Origin: Eremomyces bilateralis CBS 781.70
Lineage: Eukaryota
Direction: 5' to 3' (one strand)
Length of the DNA: 64,000 nt
Assembly: GCA_010015585.1 (NCBI GenBank)
Contig: ML975153.1
Of the stretch, positions 38,386-48,310 are shown piece by piece. Position 1 is the stretch's first letter. Every line of letters begins with the position of its first letter. The translations under genes and the position numbers were made by a program. The notes beneath the pieces were generated by a model. It searched no databases, had not been told where the DNA came from, and was given only the letters and a program-made list of their open reading frames with translations.

Positions 38386-38873
38386 TTTGAACCAAGACGC
38401 AACTGTAAAGACTGAATATCACTATGACCGTAAGAATAGCTGTAGTTCTTGAAAGAAAGATGAAAGCACACAACACAACTTTGATATTAAGAAAGGCATC
38501 TACCGCGTGACCTCTGTCCTCTGTCCTCGTGGGCAGAGCACCATGTCTCAGGTACCCCCAGGATTCGGACATAACATGACAAAAACTACGACATCACAAG
38601 CCATCGTGAAATGCTGTGATCCGGTCCCATTATCATTTGATGACGGTTGCAGGTGACAGCTGCGAGGCATGGTGGATGTCGAAGGGAGAAAATAGTATCA
38701 GCAGCATCTATATCACCAACCCACCACTTAATAGCTCTAGCTAAATATTCTAAGCATTGAGCCTGATTTTTTACAAGCTAGAATATTCAGATATGATTTT
38801 GTAATATATTAATCTACCGTTGACTCAGTCCTCTCAGCTTCCCTGATAGTTGGTGGAAATGGAGTAATTAATC

Positions 38874-38946
38874 GTCGTCACGGCTGTTGTCGTCACGGCT
38901 GTTGTCTTCGCAGTTGTTGTCTTCGCAGTTGTTGTCTTCACAGTTG
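38874..38946. repeat. 15-bp tandem repeat x5
   Basis: gtcgtcacggctgtt x2, gtcttcgcagttgtt x2, gtcttcacagttg. Confidence 0.9.
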
Positions 38947-39099
38947 CATCTCCTAAAATCGATTCTAAGGAATAACCATTTCTGCTATGCTAGTATATAG
39001 TCTGGATAGTAAAAGTCATTACTAAACTAATCTGCGTATACATCCAGACATGTTTCTTTCAAACTTCGAACATCTTCATTGCCGAAAAGTGAGTCGTTA

Positions 39100-39119
39100 A
39101 TCACGTGATATCACGTGAT
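39100..39119. promoter_or_regulatory. Tandem ATCACGTGAT E-box forming a perfect 20-bp palindrome
   Basis: atcacgtgatatcacgtgat in the divergent intergenic region between the CorA-like and Clr2-like genes. Confidence 0.5.
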
Positions 39120-39586
39120 ATCAGACTTCGTGCTTCATCGTAAACGGGATGGACCTCCGTATTACTTTCAATTTGGCCATATTTCTTCATAATCTGAACA
39201 GATCATTATTAAATAGGGAGAAGAGAGAGTGCTTGAGTGTGCCATTTCTTTGGCAAGCGGAAAGATCATATAGAAGAGTTGGAACAGTCCCCCTATATAC
39301 CTGTACGATCGGCAGTATCGCGTTCGGTGTTTCTTCACTACAGCCCGTATTATCGTCGAATGAAGGTTATAACGGCCAGGACAGACCTTTGTTATTCAGG
39401 CATCGTGAGGACGTCGCAGCAGAAGCGAACAAAAGCGGGCCGGAACGGGGAAGAAGGCAGCGGAAGGGGCGTTGCCTGTTTGACTGCGAAGCACCCTCGC
39501 TCACCTCTTCATACGCGAGATTCTGTTCGGACTGCACTTCTTCTCTTGCAAAATAACTCTAGAGCGCCAAAGGACAGAGAGTAGAA

Positions 39587-40607
39587 ATGACGGAGTTCCA
39601 GATCATCTATATCCGTCGCTCAGACGGCCAGAAGATGGTGGCTGGCAAACCCAACTACCCGCACAATGGCCAGTTGAATCAAAAAGAGCAGGCCAACGGC
39701 TCAAAGGACTATTATCATCGCCTGGATGAAGATTCAACAAAGCACAGAGATTGGCGGAAGAAGCTGGGCGCCATGATGGCGAAGCGAAAGGGTCTCCTAG
39801 ACGGTTAGTAGAGCTTCATGCTTCAGCGTCATTCAAAGACTTACGTAACCATCTTTAGACAAAGGGTATATTCTCGCATGGTTGCCAGAGCATTACGAGC
39901 TATGGGAACATATCAAGACGCGACCGTCAGACAGCTCACCCTCCAAATCCCATGCTGGTGGCGGTCACGACCGTCAAGATGCCTACCTTTATGGGCACCC
40001 GTTGGGGACGACGAAGCGGTTCCGCTCGCCCAAGGACTTCTACCATCATCTCCTCTGGTTGTCCGAAGATGAAGAAGGGAATCCGGACAACTGCTATTGT
40101 CGAGCGTGCGCACCGCCGGAAGACATGCAGAAGAAGATCCAGGCCGAATCCAAGTCTCCCACCACGACCGCAACCGGGTCCGCCAACTCTCAAGCAGTTG
40201 ACACCAATCCTCAAGTCGTGATTGGAAAAAAGAGCACTCCTACTCCTACTCCCGCGTCGTTCTCCCAACCTCTCCTTCATCCGCAACCATCTCCTCTCCC
40301 GAACATCCAGCCGAACCCCCAACAAGCCGCTGCCCCAATGTGGCACATGCCTCAACAGGTTTCTCCATACCAGAATTTGAATTGGCAGCAACAACCTCAG
40401 CAGCAACAAACGATGTACTCGACGACACCGTCTGGTCTAACGCAATACCAATACCCCATCGCGCCACCGCAATCGATGCAGCAACCTAACCCTCACCTGC
40501 AAAACCAGCATATGCATCCCAGCCAGTACCAATCTCAACAACCCCCGCAAGGCGAAGGCTATGGTCAAGGAGAAGGAGAAGGGTTCGATCAGTTTCTGGA
40601 CCTATGA
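39587..40607 (+). CDS. Clr2 (cryptic loci regulator 2) N-terminal-domain protein with P/Q-rich tail, ~321 aa
   Basis: join(39587..39803,39859..40607). RSDG, DYY....WRKKLG, ILAWLPEHYELWEH, RQDAYLYGHP...KRFRSP.DF..HLLWL, C.C..C. Confidence 0.85.
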
Positions 40608-40610
40608 CGA

Positions 40611-40872
40611 TGAGCGCTGCTTGATTGACGTTTACCCGGAGTTAGGTCGGTGGTCAGGGCCACCGAAAGCTCAGCATACCCTCATACCCACCATCACGAC
40701 AGGATGGAGATGACTGGGTTTGAACGCTAGATGAACCTTTGACACTGAACGCTGCTTGATTGTCGTTTAGCCTGGAGTTCGGTCGGTTGTCAGGGTCGCG
40801 CAAAGTTCAGCATACCCTCATAAGTACCCACAATCACGAGAGGATGGAGATGACTGGGTTATGAACACTAGA
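40611..40872. repeat. Diverged ~125-bp direct tandem duplication
   Basis: 40611-40731 versus 40746-40872 share cgctgcttgattg, ggagtt.ggtcggt, cagcataccctcata and aggatggagatgactgggtt. Confidence 0.9.
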
Positions 40873-41127
40873 ATTCATGGTGTGGTAATTATATACAAGA
40901 CCGTTATCCTACAATCCCTCATACAATGCAGTTATCTATCCGTGTCTCCCAGCCCAACTATCTGCAAGACTTTTGATGGCCACCCGTCTGAAATGTCCGC
41001 TCCTGAAACTTCCTCATAAACGCCAGAACCAGGACTGCTCGATAGGCAGTCAAAATGCTCCAAAATACACCGCAAGGCTCAAGAACACCGACAAATGCGC
41101 AAGACGCAACGCGCAACACTCAAATGT

Positions 41128-44100
41128 CTATGAAAAGAAATATGGACTGTCCCTCACTCGTCGGACATCGAAATCGCCCTTCTCGGGAACGGGCGGGAAC
41201 GTCAGTGGAAGCCACACGGGGGATATTAGTGTGAAGCTTGGTTTGGCTTTCGCTTGCGGCTTCGTCTCCGCTGTGTGTGCATTCGCATCCGCTTGCAATG
41301 CCTTCACTTCTTCCTCGACCTCGGCTTCCAGAACCTCTTCCGCTTCCTGCTGCAGAGATACCTCCAAGATGGAAGTCGACTGGGCGTGGGCTTCGTAGAT
41401 GCTCGCGGGTGTGACCATCTCTCGTCCAAGCCGCTGGTCCTCCTCATCGGCCGAGTTCAAGAGATCTTGCCGCTTTTTCTCCTCGATCAATTCATCCAAC
41501 TGCCAGCTTCCCTTCTTCGCCATGGTCTTGTATCTCTCGGCGCGGAACTTTTTGATCTTCTTCCCAACCGCACTGCGGGCCTTCACCGTAGCGAGGTAGA
41601 GTGAGCCCCGATGACGAGCCTTCAACTCCTCGGCAAGGCGGTCGATGATATTCTCGGAATGCATGGCGACGAACGCCTCTCGCAGGACGCGGTTCATGAC
41701 CGGAACATCGGCGGCATGAGTCCAGAAGGAGTCGTGCACCGAAGCAAACGTCAGGCCCAGTTCGTCGCATTTCAGCGCCGTCAGCATCATATGTGTGGCA
41801 TCAAGCGAGTGGACGAAGTTTGGTGGGAACCCTTGGAGTTGCTTGCGCTTGGAGACGGCGTCATTCAGCTTGGGTTGCTTGATTGTGATCGACTGCAGGG
41901 TCGATTGGACCTGGCGATCGTCTGAAGCACGGTAGGGTTGAACAACGGTGAGCTTTAGAGGAGTGGTCCAAATCACGCTCGATTGGAACTGCTCTTTGAT
42001 CAACTTTATTGTCGACGCACGGTTTAGTTTGGCGGGAGGCTTGGAGCCCTTGATGCGGGTTTTGCCTTGCACTTTGGAGACTGGCTTAGGTTTCTTTTCG
42101 AACCCCCTCTTCGCGAGGCGGTCAATTTGCTCGGCGGTGACTGCAGTTGAGATGCGGAAAGCGCATTGTCCAAACCAGTCCTGGATGTCGTGGGCGCCTT
42201 GGAACATGGTCGAGAGGGCTTTGAAGATTTTATGAGCGATGTATGCGGCCAGCTGGTAGTTTGAAACGTTCGATTCCGAGCGATCGGGCATAATGTCGTC
42301 CAATTGTCGTTGAACTTGGTCTCGAGCACCGACAAAAGTGACTCCGTAGACGTTGGTCATCACCGTCTGTTTGACGACCTTTCTTGTGATCTTGCCATCC
42401 AGTGCTAACGCCATTGGATGGCCCTCTGCAACCTCTTCTTTGATTGCAGCTTTAACAAGGTTGGCAACACCGGAATACACATCCGCTGGCCGTTCTCCGG
42501 GTTCAAGATTGACCTGGGCAGCGCCAAAGGAATCTCCGCCCAAGGCGGCGTAATGCTGTAGGCCGTTACATGTACCGTCTTGGTGAACGGGAAGAGATGA
42601 TTTGTATTTGGAGGGATCCGGAGAGTCAATCGCTTTCACCAAGTCCATGCACGCAGCCAGGCATTGCCATGGATCGGCAGCCTTTAGCCACCATCTGCTC
42701 CCGGTCAGAGGATTGGCCGCGGAGTCGCGAATGTCCTCGATATGAGACGCCGTGAAATCCGCTCTCTCGGTAAGACTGGCCTTGTCGAAACCGTGCAGGT
42801 TGGCAACCTGGACTTTCAACCAAAAAAGGCCCTGTTCTCCAAGCTCCTTCGCGACCCCAAACTGGAGTAACCCACGGGCATTATCGGCGCCCATATGGTT
42901 CAAAAATGGAGGCATCGGATAGGCTCGGCCTCGGAAGTCGATGTTATGAGGGAAGTACATGGATTTTCCTAGGAACGCGCGGGCGACTTCCAGTTGTAGA
43001 TTCTGAAAGCACCGGTTGGAATGATAGCCACCGATCTCATTGTCGATCGCCTGGCGCCGACGTAGCCAGATGGCTTTCGCGACGTCCCCTTCTTCGGTCG
43101 ATGGTTCCGGGGGATACGGGATATCGGGGTTTGCGGGCGGAATATCTGCAATCGCCTCTCCGGTGTTCCAGGCTTCCGCCATGACGGTCAGAAGGTCTTC
43201 ATTGATCCGCCACGGTGTCCGGCCCAAGACGTTTAGGCTTTTGAACAGCTGATCTAGGTCTCCTCGAGCGGCCGATGCGAAGAGATACATCTTCTGCGTC
43301 TCGTCTCCGGTTTTATCGCGAACTAGGCGCGAAGGCAATGTCAAGAAGCCGCCATCCTTAGGGCTTTCCCACGGCTTCGGTTCGACCAACATCGGAAGGC
43401 GTGCGCCTAACAAACCTCGGGGCGGCTCCCGAGCAAGGAGTTCTCGAAGAGCATCGTGAGCGTGGATCAACCCAATGTGTTTGCCCCGCACATAGGTTAC
43501 GTCGTGTCGCAGCGCCGGTTCCGGCTTAAATTCCGGTTTTGGGGCCTCTAGATTTTGCTGGCGGACGTCGATTCGTGCGACCTGGACCAACTTCGCAAGT
43601 AGAGTACCACCCACCATGACTCGTGCTCCAACAGGCCATTCCGTCTGCCTAGACATCAAGTATTTCGCTTCGTCAAGCTCGACAACATTGATGGAGGTGC
43701 CTTTGGCTGAGGTGTTACTCGGTTCTTGCGCCTTAGGGGTAGCGGCTTGCTTCGCTAATTTCTTCGTTCTTCGTTGCGCCTTCTTGGACTTTCCCACCCT
43801 TTTCTCCCACAATGCTCCTGCTTCATCCTGCAGCGCTGCGGCGATCTTCAGGGTGATGCGTCCGAGTTTGACACCGGGAGCAATTCCTTCACTGACAAGT
43901 TCCTGCAAGGTACAGACGATCGTGATAGCGCAAAGCTTCTCCGGAGGAAGTAGCGCAAAGTAAGGCGCGTACCTGACTGTGTCGTGAAGGTGTATCGTCC
44001 CTATCTTGTCTTCCTTCGTTTTGACGGATTCGATTTCCTTTTGGACCTTTGGGAGCAATGCAGAATACCAATTCCATAGCATCGCCTTGATGGACTTTGA

Positions 44101-45240
44101 TTGGAATGCGGGGTTGATCCCCATCTTGACCATATTTTCATGCTCCGCACGCCACTCGTCGACTGCCGCATCGATGGAGTCCTGCTCTAGTCTCTCCTGC
44201 TGTTCGAACTTCCATTGGTAGTACGCACTCAAGTCTCCGTGCATTTTTTGAAGCATCGTCGCATCATCGGAGTCCTCAAGGGAAACCAAACTCTTCTTCA
44301 AAGTCTGGAGCCCAAGACCTCTTTGTTCCACGGATTGGATCTGAAGAGGCTTGGTCGTCGGCTCCTCTAAGAAGGGAGTGTCCCGGGCGATCGGAGAGGA
44401 TTCTTGGGATATGTCGGAGTGTGACTCAATGAGAAGATTCAGCGTCCTCCACTCCGAGTGCGTGAATTCGCCGGAATCGAGTAGCTGAGCAAGGATCCGA
44501 GTCTTCTCCGCAGCTATTTCAAGATATCGACGAAGACTTCGTACCTGCCTCTCACCGGAGAGCGCCGTTATACTTGCGCGGCACATCAGAGCAAGCGTGG
44601 TCTCGTTCGGCTGTATGCCATTTCGTCTCATCTCCCTTTCGAACCAATACTGAAGCCTCCCAATTCGGTCGCCATTGGGGTTTCGGACAATGGCTTCCAC
44701 GTTGGCTCGGATGTATAGATTGTGCGCCTCCACTAGCTGAGGGTTCGATGGTGGGAAAATCTCTCCGAGGCGCTGAAGGAGTGCTTCGGCTCGATCGAAC
44801 AACCCGACTTGCAACGAGGCTCTCATATTTTGTACTAACTCGACCGGTTCGCCTCGGAGTGGGAATGGGTTATGAACGTAATGGAAGTTGATCTCGAACG
44901 GGTCAGTCTTGTCGAGCCCGAAGGCATCGACCATCGCGTCGCTCGAGGCATCTGGCGGCAATTGCAGAGAATTGCTCGGGTATAGAAGATTTGAACCGTA
45001 AAGGGAGGAGTCGGTAGCAGTCGCTAAGGGTCGTACTTCAGTCTGTGATCTCGGTGTGTTCGCGCCATTCTCCCTGGATGTGATAGGTAACGAAGGCCGT
45101 CGCCTCGCAGGCGTGTAGTAGGACGAGCTCGTTTGTTGGAAGGTAGGTCTTCTCTGCAATCGGCTCGCGCCCGGTATTATGAGGTGTCTAGATGCATTGT
45201 GAGGTTTTTGTATTGAACGTCGAAGGGATCGCGTGAGCAT
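41128..45240 (-). CDS. rpo41: Mitochondrial T7-like DNA-directed RNA polymerase
   Basis: 1370-aa ORF with an R-rich presequence; DFRGRAYP, HQDGTCNGLQHY, RKVVKQTVMTNVYG, PPNFVHSLDA, SVHDSFWTH; SPYFFS end. Confidence 0.99.
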   Translation of the reverse strand: MLTRSLRRSIQKPHNASRHLIIPGASRLQRRPTFQQTSSSYYTPARRRPSLPITSRENGANTPRSQTEVRPLATATDSSLYGSNLLYPSNSLQLPPDASSDAMVDAFGLDKTDPFEINFHYVHNPFPLRGEPVELVQNMRASLQVGLFDRAEALLQRLGEIFPPSNPQLVEAHNLYIRANVEAIVRNPNGDRIGRLQYWFEREMRRNGIQPNETTLALMCRASITALSGERQVRSLRRYLEIAAEKTRILAQLLDSGEFTHSEWRTLNLLIESHSDISQESSPIARDTPFLEEPTTKPLQIQSVEQRGLGLQTLKKSLVSLEDSDDATMLQKMHGDLSAYYQWKFEQQERLEQDSIDAAVDEWRAEHENMVKMGINPAFQSKSIKAMLWNWYSALLPKVQKEIESVKTKEDKIGTIHLHDTVRYAPYFALLPPEKLCAITIVCTLQELVSEGIAPGVKLGRITLKIAAALQDEAGALWEKRVGKSKKAQRRTKKLAKQAATPKAQEPSNTSAKGTSINVVELDEAKYLMSRQTEWPVGARVMVGGTLLAKLVQVARIDVRQQNLEAPKPEFKPEPALRHDVTYVRGKHIGLIHAHDALRELLAREPPRGLLGARLPMLVEPKPWESPKDGGFLTLPSRLVRDKTGDETQKMYLFASAARGDLDQLFKSLNVLGRTPWRINEDLLTVMAEAWNTGEAIADIPPANPDIPYPPEPSTEEGDVAKAIWLRRRQAIDNEIGGYHSNRCFQNLQLEVARAFLGKSMYFPHNIDFRGRAYPMPPFLNHMGADNARGLLQFGVAKELGEQGLFWLKVQVANLHGFDKASLTERADFTASHIEDIRDSAANPLTGSRWWLKAADPWQCLAACMDLVKAIDSPDPSKYKSSLPVHQDGTCNGLQHYAALGGDSFGAAQVNLEPGERPADVYSGVANLVKAAIKEEVAEGHPMALALDGKITRKVVKQTVMTNVYGVTFVGARDQVQRQLDDIMPDRSESNVSNYQLAAYIAHKIFKALSTMFQGAHDIQDWFGQCAFRISTAVTAEQIDRLAKRGFEKKPKPVSKVQGKTRIKGSKPPAKLNRASTIKLIKEQFQSSVIWTTPLKLTVVQPYRASDDRQVQSTLQSITIKQPKLNDAVSKRKQLQGFPPNFVHSLDATHMMLTALKCDELGLTFASVHDSFWTHAADVPVMNRVLREAFVAMHSENIIDRLAEELKARHRGSLYLATVKARSAVGKKIKKFRAERYKTMAKKGSWQLDELIEEKKRQDLLNSADEEDQRLGREMVTPASIYEAHAQSTSILEVSLQQEAEEVLEAEVEEEVKALQADANAHTAETKPQAKAKPSFTLISPVWLPLTFPPVPEKGDFDVRRVRDSPYFFS

Positions 45241-46157
45241 TTGCTCCGCGTCGATATGGGATGGACAACGAGCGAAAGGGGGGGATAAGGTCGATCAATG
45301 CATCCTATGTTGGACGGACCAAAGATATTCTTCGGGATTCCGGATGACCAGAGTGTCTATGCGTGTAGCAATAATGAATGGGATGTGGCAAAGAGTATCT
45401 TCAACTTCTCATCTTCGGAGCTCCACGTCGGAAATTATTGGATCGACCCATTTTTCAGCTTACATAACCAGAGCCTCCTATCCATGCACGTGACCAGAAG
45501 GGGTCAAGGGGATATCAGTTCATGACTTCGTCTTGTAAACAAGAGATGCGAACCGCAAGCGGGTGTCGCTGAAAGAGAGCCTGGAGGAACGAAGCTAGAG
45601 TTCACATGCCCACATTATAATATTATATAATATATATACCGGGGTTTTATGTCTTAGATTGGTTCATTTATAACTTTCTAATAAAAAACATAGATGATAG
45701 TGGCGTTGGAGCATGGAAATACAGTCGTGTTGCCCAAGGCGCGCTTCGCACTCTTTCCGGGAAAGAAGCTCACTTACAGCCAAAGAATTGTAATTTTTGA
45801 GATACACATAGATTTGCATGTATAGAAGCGACGAAAGAGCGCAATTTAGAGGTAGAATCTGAGGACCTGTGAAATTGCCGCCGAAAAGAACGGTTTAAAA
45901 CGCTCACTCTTTCCCTTCCCATCACCATCACCACAGTAGGAAGCTAATATGGACCCACACAACCAGATGCTGGGACAACTCCAGACGTGCCTAGAACATA
46001 CGCTGCCGTAATTGGCAGAACGGGGCGATATCCCTCTACCAGTCTACCTCCATCTCATACCGCCTCTGGGTACCATGGAGCTCACATTCAAAATCGTTGG
46101 AGAGAGATCATGTCCGGATTTACCTATCATCATATGTTGCCTACAGATTACATAACG

Positions 46158-47795
46158 TCAACTGGTCGTGGTCGTGTTGGTCATGGTCGAGTTCGTCGTA
46201 GTCGTGTTCACAACTAGAGCGTCCCGCCAGTCCTGCGTCCAGTGCGCAGCTGAGGCGTACCGGAACCGATACCACAGAATCGACACCGTGAAGGTGACTA
46301 AAACGACGGTTAGTAGGGCGACTCCATCCTCATCCAAGTATCCAGACACCCCAAGTTTCTCCTTTACGCCCGTGCTTGCCTCGGCAGCGAATTTGAGCAG
46401 AATATACAGGCCGAAACAGACAGAGCAGAAGACGGCCAGCACCACAGCCTCCACAGATAACAAACCATAAAGCCATACCATATACTCTGATAGCAGCAGA
46501 TGCTCCACGATAAAGAACCCAGCCAAAGAGCCCGCCAGCAACAAAAGAACACATAACCCATAATAGACCGTAGTCACTACCTTTGATGCGTATACCTGCA
46601 TACAGGGAGGGAGATATAGTCTCGCAAACGTGACTAAGGCAGTGACAAGCTTCGACATGATATGCCAGCCTCCAAGCAACCCAAGCATTGCGAAGAATAG
46701 ACAGGCGTATATCAAGGGGAGGCTGAGCAAGAAGATGGGGGCCTCCCAGCTGCTAGAGGCGAGGATATGCCTATTCAGAAAGGGCTGGATGAGGTCGAGG
46801 AAAGCCCAGTAGAGGAATATCGTATGGAGCAGTTGGCACCACTTAAACAGGGTCTCATCCATAGCAGCGTGAGCCTGTCTCAGTGCTAGCGATCGTGGTG
46901 ATGTGACGGGATTCGCGTGTTCGCTGTAGCTGTTCTTCGCAGCCTCTAGGTCGGGAGGGCCCTCGTTCGTAGATTCTGTGGTCTCCGCCTGGGCGAGGGT
47001 AGAGCCATCATCGTCGTTTGTACGTTGGCTTCCATCAATCCCTTCGCCTAGGAGGTGCTCAGTGCTAGCCGATGCCGTGAACCCCACTTGGTCGGCAGTG
47101 CTGCTGTTACTTTCATCGTATATGCTCCCCGTCTCGCTGCCCGTCCTGCCTGGCTTGTACTTCGTGCTCGCTGATCCTTCCGGCCTATCCTGAGTTTCAT
47201 CTTTTAATGGTTTGGCCTGATCGCTATCTTCCTCCGCCGCCTCTTCAGTGCTGTCTGCGTGCGAAGTTTCCCCATCATCTGATTCCTCAACAATCTCATC
47301 TAATTCGAAATCCATAGGAGTATACTGTGGTTTGGAAAGTTCCGACCTGGCAAGCTGCGATGCAATCTCCAATATGACGTATGAAGCAGCATATAGCCAT
47401 GCCCAAGCCACCGTCCATCTTATGTCTCCCCACGCACCAACCACATATGTCAGTGGTAATATGCTGAGGAAGAACCCAAAAAGGCGTAATATCGTCGCGA
47501 TTCTCGCTGTCTTTCGAACACTGTGATCGATCTTAGCCTCATCAAAGCGGTCCATTCCAATAATAAGCATCGCCTTGCGTGGGGTAGCACGGAGTACGAC
47601 ACAGTACGTTAGGAACCGAATGGCGAGTGCCAGAACATCGAAGGCGCATATAAAGGGCGAGGCTCGAAGCCAGAAGCTATGGGACACCGAGAAACCTAGA
47701 ACGCGGCCGACTGGCTGAGTCATGGTACTCAGAGCGAGTATCGGCAGGATCTGGAAGGCTTGAAGCCAGCTTATCGAGGGATCTGGCGGCGCCAT
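46158..47795 (-). CDS. Hypothetical multi-pass membrane protein with acidic internal loop
   Basis: 545-aa ATG ORF with two hydrophobic helix clusters separated by a ~180-aa acidic/Ser-rich segment. Confidence 0.8.
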   Translation of the reverse strand: MAPPDPSISWLQAFQILPILALSTMTQPVGRVLGFSVSHSFWLRASPFICAFDVLALAIRFLTYCVVLRATPRKAMLIIGMDRFDEAKIDHSVRKTARIATILRLFGFFLSILPLTYVVGAWGDIRWTVAWAWLYAASYVILEIASQLARSELSKPQYTPMDFELDEIVEESDDGETSHADSTEEAAEEDSDQAKPLKDETQDRPEGSASTKYKPGRTGSETGSIYDESNSSTADQVGFTASASTEHLLGEGIDGSQRTNDDDGSTLAQAETTESTNEGPPDLEAAKNSYSEHANPVTSPRSLALRQAHAAMDETLFKWCQLLHTIFLYWAFLDLIQPFLNRHILASSSWEAPIFLLSLPLIYACLFFAMLGLLGGWHIMSKLVTALVTFARLYLPPCMQVYASKVVTTVYYGLCVLLLLAGSLAGFFIVEHLLLSEYMVWLYGLLSVEAVVLAVFCSVCFGLYILLKFAAEASTGVKEKLGVSGYLDEDGVALLTVVLVTFTVSILWYRFRYASAAHWTQDWRDALVVNTTTTNSTMTNTTTTS

Positions 47796-48310
47796 GGTCG
47801 CGATCTCATGCCATCAGAGGCCGCGGAGGAAAGTAAGAATTCAAAAGCCCCAAGATACCGGTGACAATCCGAACCACGCCTTGCGATGTCCGACTGACAG
47901 GAGAGATCTGCAAGCCACAAGCCACAAGCCACAGGCATGGTATGGGCTGTGTAAAGTTAAAATTACACGGCAATTATTATGTTGGGTTTGCTCTGCAGCA
48001 TCAGGACATAACGCCTCGCACACTTTAGATAGATTCCTCCTTCATAGCAACAATTCAATGTTTGCCTCACGATTGAAGATTCCCTTGGGAATTTTTCTGT
48101 CCCTCGCGCGTCCACAAAGACCTTACGGAACTACGTTCCTCAAGGCATGAGTTGTATTGAACCGTCACTTATATATTCATGGCCCCAGGGCAAAAAAAAT
48201 GCACGAGAGGGAATATGTGACAAGGTCCTACATCAATGATCAAAATACAAGGCAATTCGTTTATGCATATCATACAGAATATGTACACTCCGTCCTGGAT
48301 TAGGCCCCCT

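Noticed and set aside
41128..45240. Phage or linear-plasmid RNA polymerase insertion
   Set aside because: Has a mitochondrial presequence and N-terminal extension, and sits among core genes: ordinary nuclear rpo41.
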